Of a stretch of 64,000 nucleotides of DNA, positions 42,121 through 52,594 are shown one piece after another (position 1 is the first letter of the stretch; the number at the start of each line of letters is the position of its first letter). The stretch lies in the NCBI GenBank assembly GCA_004213955.1, contig SGZL01000001.1, positions 43,041 through 107,040 of the forward strand, in the 5' to 3' direction. This stretch comes from Gammaproteobacteria bacterium. GTDB taxonomy: Bacteria > Pseudomonadota > Gammaproteobacteria > Magnimaribacterales > AG-339-G14. The translations under genes were made by a program, and so were the position numbers. Below the pieces are notes generated by a model. That model had not been told where the DNA came from. It searched no databases and saw only the letters and a list, made by a program, of their open reading frames with translations.

Positions 42121-42195
42121 TGGCTGGGGTGGATGGATTCGAACCATCGCATGGCGGCATCAAAAGCCGCTGCCTTACCGCTTGGCTACACCCCA
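42121..42195 (-). tRNA. tRNA-Gln(TTG)
   Basis: Reverse complement TGGGGTGTAGCCAAGCGGTAAGGC...GCGGC-TTTTGAT-GCCGC...CACCCCAGCCA; U1:A72. Confidence 0.96.
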
Positions 42196-43002
42196 TAATT
42201 CTATATCATTTATAATTTTTGAATTATTCAATGTAGTAGTTACAAAACAATTCATATTAGATGGAGCATTATCCATTATTTTTGAAGCTTCATCAAAATT
42301 ATTAAACAATGAGTAAATTGTTGAGCCTGTTCCAGATAGATAAGCGTCATTGTATTCTTCTATCCATTCAAAAGATTTATTAATTTCATTAAAATTTTTT
42401 CTAGCCCAATTTTCAAAAGAATTAAAAAAAACTTTTTTATGTATACCACTAGCACAAAAGTTTTTATTTTTTTCAAAAGCTTCTTGGGTTGAAATTTTAG
42501 AATCAGGCAAGATAATCAATATTGGTTTTTCCTCAAGAGTAATATTTTCAAAAATTTCTCCTCTTCCAGTTGCTTGGCAAGATTTGCCATGTACAAATAC
42601 AGGTACATCTGATCCTAAGGACAAAGCAATATTAAAAAGGTTTTTTTTATTGAGCCTCAAATTGTAAATTTTATTCAAAGCCAATAATATTGAAGCAGCA
42701 TTAGAGCTAGCCCCTCCTAATCCCGACTTAGTAGGTATCTTCTTATCAATACTTATTTTAAGTTTTTCTTTAAAACCTATTTCATTTTTTAAAATTTGTA
42801 ATAATTTATAAATAATATTTTCTTTTTGTTGGATACCTTTGCAAATTATTTCGCTTTCCATTACGTTGTTTTCTATAGAAATCTGATCTCCCCAATCAAG
42901 AAATTGAAAAATTGTTTCTATATTGTGAAAGTTATCTTTTCTTTTATTTAATACTTTCAGACCAAGATTTATTTTTGCTGGAGAGTTAATTTTAAAATTC
43001 AT
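42175..43002 (-). CDS. ispE: 4-diphosphocytidyl-2-C-methyl-D-erythritol kinase
   Basis: SPAKINLGL, KKIPTKSGLGGASS, LGSDVP, LSGTGS; last 7 codons lie inside tRNA-Gln. Confidence 0.92.
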   Translation of the reverse strand: MNFKINSPAKINLGLKVLNKRKDNFHNIETIFQFLDWGDQISIENNVMESEIICKGIQQKENIIYKLLQILKNEIGFKEKLKISIDKKIPTKSGLGGASSNAASILLALNKIYNLRLNKKNLFNIALSLGSDVPVFVHGKSCQATGRGEIFENITLEEKPILIILPDSKISTQEAFEKNKNFCASGIHKKVFFNSFENWARKNFNEINKSFEWIEEYNDAYLSGTGSTIYSLFNNFDEASKIMDNAPSNMNCFVTTTLNNSKIINDIELWGVAKR

Positions 43003-43490
43003 CTAAAAATTAATTTTATTGTAAATAGGTTTTTGTTATTCGTAATTTCGATCAAAGTTGAATTAGTCTTAGGACTTCGTTTAATAGATAAATTTCCTAT
43101 ATTTAGTCTTTGACAAACTATTTCATTACAGGGTTCAAAAATCCAGAAAAATATTTTATAAAAATTAACATCAATTAAATTAGAGTCACTGTAATTTAAA
43201 AAAAGTTTAGACTCTTTTTTACTTAAAAATGCTTTCTCTTTAGAAAATTTTACTTCGTATTCTTTTTTAGAATTAATAGTCTTTATTTTTAAAGAAAAAA
43301 CATTATCTTGCTTAAGAATTTTAACAAAACCATTAAGATATACTTCACTGGAAGCGAATAGGAATTTACCATCTGCAAGAACAGTATATTTCTCATCAAA
43401 ATTCATCTTGCTTGAGCAAGAGTTAAGTATGAAAAGAAAAAAAATAAAAAATATAGATACAATACTGTTCGTTCCATTTGAAATTTTCAT
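42999..43490 (-). CDS. lolB: lipoprotein, probably highly divergent LolB
   Basis: Signal peptide with lipobox-like LNSC; coupled upstream of ispE (the lolB position); little recognisable motif. Confidence 0.5.
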   Translation of the reverse strand: MKISNGTNSIVSIFFIFFLFILNSCSSKMNFDEKYTVLADGKFLFASSEVYLNGFVKILKQDNVFSLKIKTINSKKEYEVKFSKEKAFLSKKESKLFLNYSDSNLIDVNFYKIFFWIFEPCNEIVCQRLNIGNLSIKRSPKTNSTLIEITNNKNLFTIKLIFR

Positions 43491-43519
43491 TAAAATAATA
43501 ATATTTTGGTTAAATAAAA

Positions 43520-44617
43520 ATGCTTAAATCCATTATACAAAGACTAGAGTCGGCAGAAGAAAGATTTAAATTTTTAGAAAATGAAATATCTTCATCTGAA
43601 ATAATAAGTGATCAAAAAGTTTATACTTTATATACTAAAGAGTACTCAGATCTGAAACCTTTAGTTGAAAAACATCTTGAATTTAAAAAAATTAAAAACG
43701 AAATCGAAGAAGCAAAGCTATTAATTAATGATTCGGATGGTGAGCTTAGAGACCTTGCAAAAGAGGAGCTATCTAAATTTAGTGAGTTACTCATTGAGCT
43801 AGAATTAGATTTAAAAAAATTATTAATTCCGAAAAACACAGACGAAGAGAAAGATATTTTTCTCGAAATTAGAGCAGGAACCGGTGGAGATGAAGCAGGT
43901 CTTTTTGTGGGAGACCTTTTTAGAATGTTTAGTAGGCTCTCAGAAAGAAATAAGTGGAATGTGGAAATGACTTCTTCGCGTGAAGCAGAAAAAGGAGGTT
44001 TTAAAGAAATTGTTGCAAAAATTTCAGGAAATCAAGTCTATAAGTATCTTCAATTTGAATCAGGAGTTCACAGGGTTCAAAGAGTTCCAGAAACCGAGTC
44101 ACAAGGAAGAATTCATACTTCAGCATGTTCTGTTGCAATATTACCAGTAATAGAAAGTTTAAATGAGATACAAATTGATAAAACAGATATAAGAGTTGAT
44201 ACATTTAGAGCTTCAGGAGCAGGAGGTCAACACGTAAACAAAACTGACTCTGCAGTGCGACTTACTCACATTCCAACCGGAATAGTAGTTGAATGCCAAG
44301 ATGGAAGATCGCAACATAAGAATAAAGCAAAGGCTATGTTACTTTTGCAATCAAAATTATTAGAAAAAGCCTCTGAAGAGCAAAATTCTGAACTAGATAA
44401 AAAAAGAAAAAATATGGTTGGTTCTGGAGACAGATCAGAAAAGATAAGAACTTACAATTTTCCTCAAAATCGAGTAACTGATCATAGAATAGATTTCACA
44501 AGCCATAACTTGGAAGCTTTTCTAGATGGGGATATGGAAAATATTTTTAAAGAACTTCTCGAAGAAAATCAATCAAGAATGTTACTCAATCTAGAGAATG
44601 AAACATTTGAAAATTAA
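43520..44617 (+). CDS. prfA: peptide chain release factor 1
   Basis: [15 protein letters not shown] (VPETES) anticodon mimic, GAGGQHVN. Confidence 0.97.
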   Translation: MLKSIIQRLESAEERFKFLENEISSSEIISDQKVYTLYTKEYSDLKPLVEKHLEFKKIKNEIEEAKLLINDSDGELRDLAKEELSKFSELLIELELDLKKLLIPKNTDEEKDIFLEIRAGTGGDEAGLFVGDLFRMFSRLSERNKWNVEMTSSREAEKGGFKEIVAKISGNQVYKYLQFESGVHRVQRVPETESQGRIHTSACSVAILPVIESLNEIQIDKTDIRVDTFRASGAGGQHVNKTDSAVRLTHIPTGIVVECQDGRSQHKNKAKAMLLLQSKLLEKASEEQNSELDKKRKNMVGSGDRSEKIRTYNFPQNRVTDHRIDFTSHNLEAFLDGDMENIFKELLEENQSRMLLNLENETFEN

Positions 44618-45419
44618 AATTTCTGAAGCAATAGATTTTGCAAACTTGACAATAGATGCTTTTGATACAGAACTTTTAATGTGTTTTGTAAAAAAAGTAG
44701 ATAGATCGTATTTGTATGCTCATCGAAATGAATTTTTAACTAAAGAAGAAAAAATTTATTTTTTTGAATTAGTTGAGATGAGGAAATTGAAAAAACCCTT
44801 AGCTTATCTTTTAGGCAAGAAAGGTTTCTGGAAAAACGATTTTTATATAAATTCGTCGGTATTAGTACCAAGGCCAGAAACTGAAATTTTAGTAGAAAAA
44901 ATTTTAGATTATGATTTAACAGGAAAGGAGCTATTAGAATTAGGAGTAGGTTCTGGAGTTATCTCTATTTCACTTGGATTGGAAAATCACAAGCTGAGTA
45001 TAATAGGAACGGATTCCAGCATAGATGCCTTAACGGTAGCTAATATCAATTCAAAAAAGTTAAATTCTGAAAACGTAATTTTTTTAAATCACGATTGGAA
45101 CAATAAATGGCTTTTCCCAAAAATGGATTTTATAGTTTCGAATCCACCTTATGTAAGCAAATCTGAATTAATAGGTAATGAAGATGGAATTTGGTTTGAG
45201 CCCGAAATGGCTCTTTTTTCCGATGATGCGGGAATGACGGATATAAAAACAATTATTTTTAAAAGTATTAATTTTCTTAAAAATAATGGTAAGTTGCTCC
45301 TAGAGCACGCCCCTAATCAAGCAAAAAAAATAGTCAAAGAAGCAAAAAAAGCTGGCTATACAAAAATCGAGCAAATAAATGACTACAATGGTCTTTCTAG
45401 AGTATCGATTTTAAGTTGA
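44598..45419 (+). CDS. prmC: release factor glutamine methyltransferase
   Basis: [33 protein letters not shown]. Confidence 0.94.
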   Translation: MKHLKIKISEAIDFANLTIDAFDTELLMCFVKKVDRSYLYAHRNEFLTKEEKIYFFELVEMRKLKKPLAYLLGKKGFWKNDFYINSSVLVPRPETEILVEKILDYDLTGKELLELGVGSGVISISLGLENHKLSIIGTDSSIDALTVANINSKKLNSENVIFLNHDWNNKWLFPKMDFIVSNPPYVSKSELIGNEDGIWFEPEMALFSDDAGMTDIKTIIFKSINFLKNNGKLLLEHAPNQAKKIVKEAKKAGYTKIEQINDYNGLSRVSILS

Positions 45420-46168
45420 TGAAAGATAAGGATTTACTAAGATATAGCAGACATATAATGTTGCCTGAAATTGACATTGACGGGCAAAAAAGTATTTCCT
45501 CTTCTAGAATCGCAGTTGTAGGTTTAGGTGGTTTAGGATGCTCAGCTTCTGTCTATTTAACTGCATCGGGAATTGGAGAGTTAAATTTAATAGATAATGA
45601 TTTTATAGACCTTACAAACTTACAGAGGCAAATTTTATTTTCTGAAGTAGACTTAAATAAAAAAAAAGTCGAAATCGCAGAAAAAAAACTATTATCTTTA
45701 AACGATAGCGTTAAAGTTAATTCAAAAAATATAAGACTTGATAATTCAAATATTGATGAGATTTTAGAAGGATCAGAATTAATTCTAGATTGCACGGATA
45801 ATTTCGAAACAAGAAAAGCAATAAATGCTTATTGTTTAAATGAAAAAAAAATATTAATCTCAGGATCTTCACAAGGTTGGAAGGGGCAGTTTTTTACTCT
45901 TGATTTTAGAAACGAAAATTCTCCTTGCTATCAATGTTTTTTTGAGGACTTAAACGGTGAAGATTTAACCTGCAGAGAATCAAGTATTTTCTCACCGTTA
46001 GTTGGCATTATTGGATCTTTTATGGCTTCTGAACTTATAAAAAAAGTAGTTTCAATAGGCGAATTAAAATCAGAGATGATCGAAATTGATTTAATGCAAA
46101 ATAAATTTAATAGATTGAATTTACGAAAGAATAAAAACTGCTTACTTTGCTCAAAAGTTAAAAAATAA
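45419..46168 (+). CDS. MoeB/ThiF-family adenylyltransferase
   Basis: RYSRHIML, VGLGGLG, NLQRQ, DCTDN, CYQC...CLLC zinc pairs; prmC-moeB order. Confidence 0.88.
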   Translation: MKDKDLLRYSRHIMLPEIDIDGQKSISSSRIAVVGLGGLGCSASVYLTASGIGELNLIDNDFIDLTNLQRQILFSEVDLNKKKVEIAEKKLLSLNDSVKVNSKNIRLDNSNIDEILEGSELILDCTDNFETRKAINAYCLNEKKILISGSSQGWKGQFFTLDFRNENSPCYQCFFEDLNGEDLTCRESSIFSPLVGIIGSFMASELIKKVVSIGELKSEMIEIDLMQNKFNRLNLRKNKNCLLCSKVKK

Positions 46169-46169
46169 G

Positions 46170-46198
46170 TTGAAGCTTTGATATTACAGTTATATTCT
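46170..46198 (+). promoter_or_regulatory. candidate sigma70 promoter for the acyl-CoA ligase/MaoC pair
   Basis: TTGAAG-17 bp-TATTCT; AGGAG Shine-Dalgarno before ATG 46237. Confidence 0.45.
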
Positions 46199-46236
46199 TA
46201 GTTCCTAATTTTTTTAATTACCTCTAGGAGATAAAG

Positions 46237-47856
46237 ATGTTGGGTAACATGATGCAAGAACAGTTGATTATTTCAGGTGTTCTGGAACACGCAGAAAAAT
46301 ACAATGCGAATACTGAAATTGTAAGTAATACAATTGAGGGCGGGATTCATAGATATACTATTAAAGATTCAGCTCAGAGATCAAAAAAGCTTGCTAATGC
46401 ATTACTTAAACTAGGAGTTGAAGAGGGAGACGTTATAGCAACGATGGCTGTAAATAGTTATCGGCACTTAGAGTTATATTTTGGTATTTCAGGATTGGGA
46501 GCTATTTTACATACTTTAAATCCAAGATTATTTCCCGATGACATCAAATACATTGTCAATCATGCTGAAGATAAATATATTTTTGTAGATGCTCCATTTT
46601 TACCAATTATTGAAGGCGTACTTCCAGATTTAAAGACTCTTAAAGGGATTATTGTCCTTACAGATAAGGCTAATATGCCTTCTTCGTCTATTGAAAATTT
46701 AATATGTTACGAAGATTTAATATCGGATGAATCTGAAGAAATTGTATGGCCTCAGTTTGATGAAAATACTGCTTCGTCTTTATGCTATACATCTGGAACA
46801 ACAGGAAATCCCAAAGGAGTGCTCTATTCTCACAGGTCAACTATCTTGCACGCTTGGTATGCTACTGCCGGAAATGCCATGAATGTAACCTCTAAGACTG
46901 TTTTATTGCCTGTTGTACCTATGTTTCATGTCAATGCATGGGGAATTCCTTACGCATCATTTATGTATGGAGCCAAAATGGTTTTTCCCGGACCATTCAC
47001 TGATGGAGAATCAATAAGCAATTTGATAACTACTGAAAAAGTAAATCAACTTATGGGTGTGCCAACAGTTTGGCTAGACTTACTTAACTATACTGAAAAA
47101 AATAATATTGTCTTAGATTCAGTTGAAAGCGTTTTAGTAGGTGGATCAGCGGCTCCTAAAGCAATGATTAAAGCTTTTCAAGAAAAGCACGATTGTTTTT
47201 TACTTCATGGCTGGGGCATGACTGAAATGAGCCCTTTGGGAACACTAAATGCATACACCCCAGAAATGGACGGCATGGATCTAGATGAAAGATATGATAT
47301 TCAAACCAGTCAAGGAAAAGCAGTATTTGGTTGCTCAATGAAAATTGTAGACGACTCAGGGAAAACTTTACCTAATGATGGTAAAACTTTTGGAAGATTA
47401 ATGGTTAAGGGACCATCAATTATAGAGAGATACTTTAAATCAGAAGAAACCGCATTGGAAGAAGGGTGGTTTGACACTGGTGATGTTGCAACAATAGATA
47501 CAAGTGGATATATGAGAATAGTAGATAGAAGTAAGGATGTTATTAAATCGGGCGGTGAATGGATTAGCTCGATAGATTTAGAAAATACTGCAGTTGGTCA
47601 TCCTGGAGTTGCAGAAGCGTGTGTAGTTGGTGTAGCTCATCCTAAATGGGACGAAAGACCAATATTATTTATCGTCAAAAATGATATCGAAGATTGCGAT
47701 AAGGATTCAATTATAAGTTTTCTTTCTGATAAGATTGCTAAATGGTGGTTACCAGACGATATTATATTCGTTGATGAGTTACCTCATGGAGCGACTGGAA
47801 AGTTGCTTAAAACTGGATTGAGAGAGGAATATCAGAATCACTTAATAGAAAAATAA
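46237..47856 (+). CDS. acyl-CoA synthetase, 3-(methylthio)propionyl-CoA ligase (DmdB)-like or medium/long-chain fatty acid-CoA ligase
   Basis: MLGNMM..L start, [45 protein letters not shown]. Confidence 0.85.
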   Translation: MLGNMMQEQLIISGVLEHAEKYNANTEIVSNTIEGGIHRYTIKDSAQRSKKLANALLKLGVEEGDVIATMAVNSYRHLELYFGISGLGAILHTLNPRLFPDDIKYIVNHAEDKYIFVDAPFLPIIEGVLPDLKTLKGIIVLTDKANMPSSSIENLICYEDLISDESEEIVWPQFDENTASSLCYTSGTTGNPKGVLYSHRSTILHAWYATAGNAMNVTSKTVLLPVVPMFHVNAWGIPYASFMYGAKMVFPGPFTDGESISNLITTEKVNQLMGVPTVWLDLLNYTEKNNIVLDSVESVLVGGSAAPKAMIKAFQEKHDCFLLHGWGMTEMSPLGTLNAYTPEMDGMDLDERYDIQTSQGKAVFGCSMKIVDDSGKTLPNDGKTFGRLMVKGPSIIERYFKSEETALEEGWFDTGDVATIDTSGYMRIVDRSKDVIKSGGEWISSIDLENTAVGHPGVAEACVVGVAHPKWDERPILFIVKNDIEDCDKDSIISFLSDKIAKWWLPDDIIFVDELPHGATGKLLKTGLREEYQNHLIEK

Positions 47857-47866
47857 GGAGGAAAAA

Positions 47867-48322
47867 ATGTCAGGATTAGTCCCAGCAGAAACTTTAAAAG
47901 ATTATATTGGAACAGAGTTCGAACCATCAGACTGGTTGGAGGTAGATCAGGATCGTATTAATCAGTTTGCTGATGCAACGTTAGATTATCAATTCATTCA
48001 TATTGATTCAGAAAAAGCCACGCCTTTATTTGGTTCAACTATTGCTCATGGATTTCTATCTTTATCTTTAATAGCAGGTTTAAAGGCTGGTGGAATAGCT
48101 CCAGACAATATGACTATGGCCTTCAATTATGGATTGGATAGAGTAAGATTTTTAACACCCGTAAACGTAGGGTCGAAAGTAAGGACAAAAGCCAAGCTAT
48201 TATCTGTAGATGAAAAAGATGATGGAAGGTATTTAGTAAAAAATGAAGTCTCTATGGAAATAGAAGGGCAAGAAAAACCCGCTTTTATAGCTGAATCATT
48301 AACAATGTTTGTTACTGGCTAA
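47867..48322 (+). CDS. MaoC/NodN-like hotdog dehydratase
   Basis: FADATLDYQFIH, TIAHGFLSL, NYGLDRVRF; AAGGAGG RBS. Confidence 0.88.
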   Translation: MSGLVPAETLKDYIGTEFEPSDWLEVDQDRINQFADATLDYQFIHIDSEKATPLFGSTIAHGFLSLSLIAGLKAGGIAPDNMTMAFNYGLDRVRFLTPVNVGSKVRTKAKLLSVDEKDDGRYLVKNEVSMEIEGQEKPAFIAESLTMFVTG

Positions 48323-49763
48323 GTTTCTCTTTTAAAATTTTATTTACGACCTTAGGGTCTGCTGAACCTTGGGTCGTTTTCATTACTTGACCAACAAAAA
48401 ATCCAAATAATTTTTCCTTTCCTTTTTTAAATTGTTCTAATTGTTTAGGATTTTTACTGATTACCTCTGAAATAATCCTTGAGATATCATCTTCATTAGA
48501 AATTTGTTTAAGATTTTCTTTTTCAATAATCTCTTTTACTTTTAGATCTTCGTTCCAAAGAATCTCAAGTACTTTTTTGGCAGCAGGGTCTGATATTTTA
48601 TTTTCATTTAAGCAATTTAGAAGGTCTATTAAATCACTTGAAGAAATGAGTGAATCTTCTACTAAACAATTATTTTTATTTAAAATTGCTGAGAAATCTC
48701 CCAATATCCATTTAGCAGCTGTTTTGACATCTTTTACTGAGATGGCTACTTTTTCAAAAAAATTGCTCATTCCTTTTGAGCTATTTAAAATTTCAGACTC
48801 ATAAATACTCAAGCCATATTCTGAGCAGAATCTAGAAATTTTTTGCTCTGGAAGTTCAGGCAAAGACTTTCTAATATTTTCAATATACTCGTTAGATATT
48901 TGCAAGGGAATCAAATCTGGTTCAGGAAAATACCTATAGTCATTTGCATGTTCTTTTGATCTCATAGATCTAGTTTCGTTTTTTTGAGAATCATAAAGCC
49001 TAGTCTCTTGCTCAATTTCATTGTTTGTTTCCTTAATTTTTATTTGCCTAGAAATTTCAAAATTAATTGCTTTTTCAACAAATTTAAATGAGTTGATGTT
49101 CTTGATTTCTGTTCTAAATCCATATTCAGTCTCACCTTTTTTTCTGATTGAAACGTTCGCATCACATCGCATGGAACCTTGAGACATATTTCCATCTGAA
49201 ATGTCTAAAAAAGTAACTATTGAATGGATTTTCTTTAAATAAGCAACCGCTTCTTTTGCAGATCTTAAGTCGGGTTCAGATACTATCTCTAGAAGCGGAG
49301 TTCCTGCTCTATTCAAGTCTATAGCACTTGATGAATCATATTTGTCATGAATTGACTTGCCAGCATCTTCTTCTAAATGTGCTCTAGTAATTCCTATTAA
49401 CTTTTTCTCCTCATCACATTCAATTTCTACTGAGCCTTGACCAACTATGGGATCGTCTAACTGACTTATTTGATATCCCTTAGGAAGATCTGGGTAAAAA
49501 TAATTTTTCCTAGCAAAAATTGCGGTATTTGCAATTTCTGCATTTATAGAACAACCAAACTTAACAGCCATTTCTATGGCTTTTTTATTAAGAACAGGCA
49601 AAACTCCGGGCAATCCTAAATCAATAATGGAAGCCTGAGAATTTTGTTCAATTCCAAACTTTGTAGGAGAATTTGAAAAAATTTTAGATTTTGTAGAAAG
49701 TTGTACGTGAATCTCCAATCCAATGACAGATTCCCAATTTTTATATTCATCTTTCTCAGACAT
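48312..49763 (-). CDS. gatB: Asp/Glu-tRNA amidotransferase subunit B
   Basis: IGLEIHVQL, RKNYFYPDLPKGYQISQ, HLEEDAGKS, RCDANVS, DYRYFPEPDL. Confidence 0.97.
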   Translation of the reverse strand: MSEKDEYKNWESVIGLEIHVQLSTKSKIFSNSPTKFGIEQNSQASIIDLGLPGVLPVLNKKAIEMAVKFGCSINAEIANTAIFARKNYFYPDLPKGYQISQLDDPIVGQGSVEIECDEEKKLIGITRAHLEEDAGKSIHDKYDSSSAIDLNRAGTPLLEIVSEPDLRSAKEAVAYLKKIHSIVTFLDISDGNMSQGSMRCDANVSIRKKGETEYGFRTEIKNINSFKFVEKAINFEISRQIKIKETNNEIEQETRLYDSQKNETRSMRSKEHANDYRYFPEPDLIPLQISNEYIENIRKSLPELPEQKISRFCSEYGLSIYESEILNSSKGMSNFFEKVAISVKDVKTAAKWILGDFSAILNKNNCLVEDSLISSSDLIDLLNCLNENKISDPAAKKVLEILWNEDLKVKEIIEKENLKQISNEDDISRIISEVISKNPKQLEQFKKGKEKLFGFFVGQVMKTTQGSADPKVVNKILKEKLSQ

Positions 49764-51180
49764 GGTAATCAGTTAGTTTTTGGAATTCATGAGAAATATT
49801 TAAAATTTTACCTTCTTCTAGATGGTTACCTATGAATTGGAGTCCAAGCGGCATTTCTTTTTTATATCCCGAAGGTATAGAAATCGCAGGAAGACCTGCT
49901 AAATTTGCCGGTATGGTATAAATATCTTGTTCATACATTTTTACTGGGTCTTGGATTGAATCCAAATCGAAAGCTTCATTAGAGCAGGTTGGCATCGCAA
50001 TTACCGATACATTTTTAAAAGCATTTTTAAAACTCTCTGTAATCATTGCTCTAATTTTTTGAGCTTTAATATAATAAGCATCAAAATAACCTGCTGATAG
50101 GCAGTAAGTTCCTATAAGAATTCTTTTTTTTACCTCTTCTCCGAATCCTTCTGATCTCGTTCTCACATAAAGATCTTCCAAATCTTTAGGATTTTCACAA
50201 CGATATCCAAATTTAATACCATCATATCTGGATAGATTTGCAGAACACTCAGCTGGGGCTATTACATAATAAGATGGAAGAGAATATTCTAAGAAAGGTA
50301 AATCTATGTCTTTAGTTTTAAAACCATTTTTTTCAAGTAGATTTATGTTTTCTAAAAAATTTTTTTTAACATTTTCATCTTCAATGTTTTCTATTATCTT
50401 TTTGGGAACTCCAATTAAATGTTCCATTTTTGAAATTGTTTCATTTTTTAGGTTAGGAACCTCTTTATTTATAGATGTAGAGTCTTTTTCATCAAATCCT
50501 GAAATTATCTCAAGAGCTATGGCTGAATCTAAAGCAGATTTAGCAAAAATACCTGCTTGATCAAGGCTCGAAGCAAATGCGATCATTCCCCATCTTGAAA
50601 CTCTTCCATAGGTAGGTTTTATACCGGTTATTCCACAAAAAGAAGCAGGTTGCCTTATAGAGCCTCCTGTATCGGTTCCGGTGGCAAAAGCACACATGTT
50701 TGCTTTTACAGCTGCTGCAGATCCTCCTGAAGAGCCACCAGGACTTTTGAGCGAATTAATTGGATTTTTTACCTTCCCAAAAAAACTAGTCTCATTTGAT
50801 GAACCCATAGCAAATTCATCCATGTTTGTTTTTCCAAGCATTATTGTTTGAGATTTTTCTAATTTTTCAACCACTGTGGAAGAGTAGGGAGATGTAAAAT
50901 TTTTTAACATTTTTGATCCACAAGTTGTTTTTTGTCCTTTCACACAAAAAATGTCCTTATGAGCGATTGGAATCCCTTGAATAAGACTTTTCCTATCTTT
51001 CAAATCATCGATTATTTCGGCTTGCTCAAGTGCGTTTTCATTTATTGATATAAAGCAATTAAGATCTTTTTTTTCTTCAATATTTTTTAAATATGATGAA
51101 GTTAATTCGTATGATGATATTTTTTTCTTCTCAAGAAGCCTTATTTGATCTTCTAAACTAAGCGAGACAATATCATTCAT
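49756..51180 (-). CDS. gatA: Asp/Glu-tRNA amidotransferase subunit A
   Basis: GKTNMDEFAMGSS, PGGSSGGSAAA, TDTGGSIRQPA amidase signature. Confidence 0.97.
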   Translation of the reverse strand: MNDIVSLSLEDQIRLLEKKKISSYELTSSYLKNIEEKKDLNCFISINENALEQAEIIDDLKDRKSLIQGIPIAHKDIFCVKGQKTTCGSKMLKNFTSPYSSTVVEKLEKSQTIMLGKTNMDEFAMGSSNETSFFGKVKNPINSLKSPGGSSGGSAAAVKANMCAFATGTDTGGSIRQPASFCGITGIKPTYGRVSRWGMIAFASSLDQAGIFAKSALDSAIALEIISGFDEKDSTSINKEVPNLKNETISKMEHLIGVPKKIIENIEDENVKKNFLENINLLEKNGFKTKDIDLPFLEYSLPSYYVIAPAECSANLSRYDGIKFGYRCENPKDLEDLYVRTRSEGFGEEVKKRILIGTYCLSAGYFDAYYIKAQKIRAMITESFKNAFKNVSVIAMPTCSNEAFDLDSIQDPVKMYEQDIYTIPANLAGLPAISIPSGYKKEMPLGLQFIGNHLEEGKILNISHEFQKLTDYHV

Positions 51181-51470
51181 TTTTGATCTATTACTTTAGG
51201 AGACAAATAATATCCCTCATCTGACTGAGGGGCGTTTTTTAAGTATTCATCTCTTTCTATGTCTTCTGCAATTACATCTTCTCTTAAATTTTGGGCTTCA
51301 TTTAAGGGATGGCTCATAGGTTTAACTTTGTCTGTATTAACTTCGTTCATTTGATCTACCATTAATAAAATAGATTCTAATTCTTTAGATATTTTTTCTT
51401 TCATTGTTTTTTCAATCTCTAATTTTGACAATAAAGAAATATTTTTAAGAGTATCTTCTGAAATTTTCAT
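51177..51470 (-). CDS. gatC: Asp/Glu-tRNA amidotransferase subunit C
   Basis: LSKLEI, PMSHP, LREDV, PKVI; upstream of gatA. Confidence 0.92.
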   Translation of the reverse strand: MKISEDTLKNISLLSKLEIEKTMKEKISKELESILLMVDQMNEVNTDKVKPMSHPLNEAQNLREDVIAEDIERDEYLKNAPQSDEGYYLSPKVIDQK

Positions 51471-51547
51471 ACAATAAGGTAATTTAAGTTATTATAACAA
51501 AGGCAAGAATAAAAAATTTATTGCAATTTTACATTTAAATTTTATCT

Positions 51548-52594
51548 ATGTTCTCTTTATCAAAATATTTAAAAGGTTTTTATTCTACAGATTTATCTAT
51601 AGACCTGGGAACCGCAAACACCCTAGTTTATGTCAAAGGAAGAGGAATAGTTTTGGATGAACCTTCAGTAGTTGCAATAAAAAAAACTGATGGCCACAGA
51701 TCTGTCGTAGCAGTTGGATCTGAAGCCAAAAGAATGCTTGGACGAGTTCCAGGTAATATTGATGCAATTCGTCCGCTAAAAGATGGCGTTATTGCTGATT
51801 TTCAAGTTACAGAAAAAATGCTTCAGCATTTTATTCAAGAAGTACATGGTGAAAACTTTTTTAGACCTAGCCCAAGAATTTTAATTTGCGTTCCATGTCA
51901 ATCGACTCAAGTAGAAAGAAGAGCAATAAGAGAATCAGCTCTTCAAGCAGGAGCTAGAGAGGTAAGATTGATAGAAGAGCCTATGGCCGCAGCTATAGGA
52001 GCTGGCTTGCCAGTTGAAGAAGCGTCAGGGTCAATGGTTGTGGATATAGGAGGCGGAACTACGGAAATTGCTATTCTTGCTTTAAACGGTGTTGTTTTTT
52101 CAAGTTCACTTAAAACTGGCGGTGATAGATTTAATGAATCTATAGTGTCGTATCTAAGAAGAAAATATGGTGTTTTAGTTGGAGAGTCTACCGCGGAGAG
52201 AATAAAAGAAAATGTCGGCTGCGCGTCTGTAGATAGTGAAATTAGAGAAATGGAAGTAAGGGGAAGAAATCTAGCTGAGGGGGTTCCAAATACTCTTAAT
52301 ATCTCAAGTACCGAAATCTATGAGGCTATTTCTGGGCCTTTATCATCGATATTGCAGTCGATTAGAAATGCTTTAGAACAATCTCCACCAGAATTGAGTT
52401 CAGATATTTCAGAAAGAGGAATTGTCTTGACTGGAGGAGGAGCATTATTGAGGGATTTAGACATTATGATATCTGAACAAACTGGTATACCAGTGATTAT
52501 TGCGGAAGATCCTTTAACTTGTGTTGCTAGGGGTGGCGGAATTGCTCTAGATTTATTGGACAAATATGATGTAGATTTATTGTCTACCGAGTAA
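51548..52594 (+). CDS. mreB: rod shape-determining protein MreB
   Basis: [43 protein letters not shown]. Confidence 0.98.
   Translation: MFSLSKYLKGFYSTDLSIDLGTANTLVYVKGRGIVLDEPSVVAIKKTDGHRSVVAVGSEAKRMLGRVPGNIDAIRPLKDGVIADFQVTEKMLQHFIQEVHGENFFRPSPRILICVPCQSTQVERRAIRESALQAGAREVRLIEEPMAAAIGAGLPVEEASGSMVVDIGGGTTEIAILALNGVVFSSSLKTGGDRFNESIVSYLRRKYGVLVGESTAERIKENVGCASVDSEIREMEVRGRNLAEGVPNTLNISSTEIYEAISGPLSSILQSIRNALEQSPPELSSDISERGIVLTGGGALLRDLDIMISEQTGIPVIIAEDPLTCVARGGGIALDLLDKYDVDLLSTE

Noticed and set aside
42097-42147. N-terminal extension of prs (MVRIHPPQP...)
   Set aside because: It is translated from the tRNA-Gln T-arm; the real start is ATG 42096
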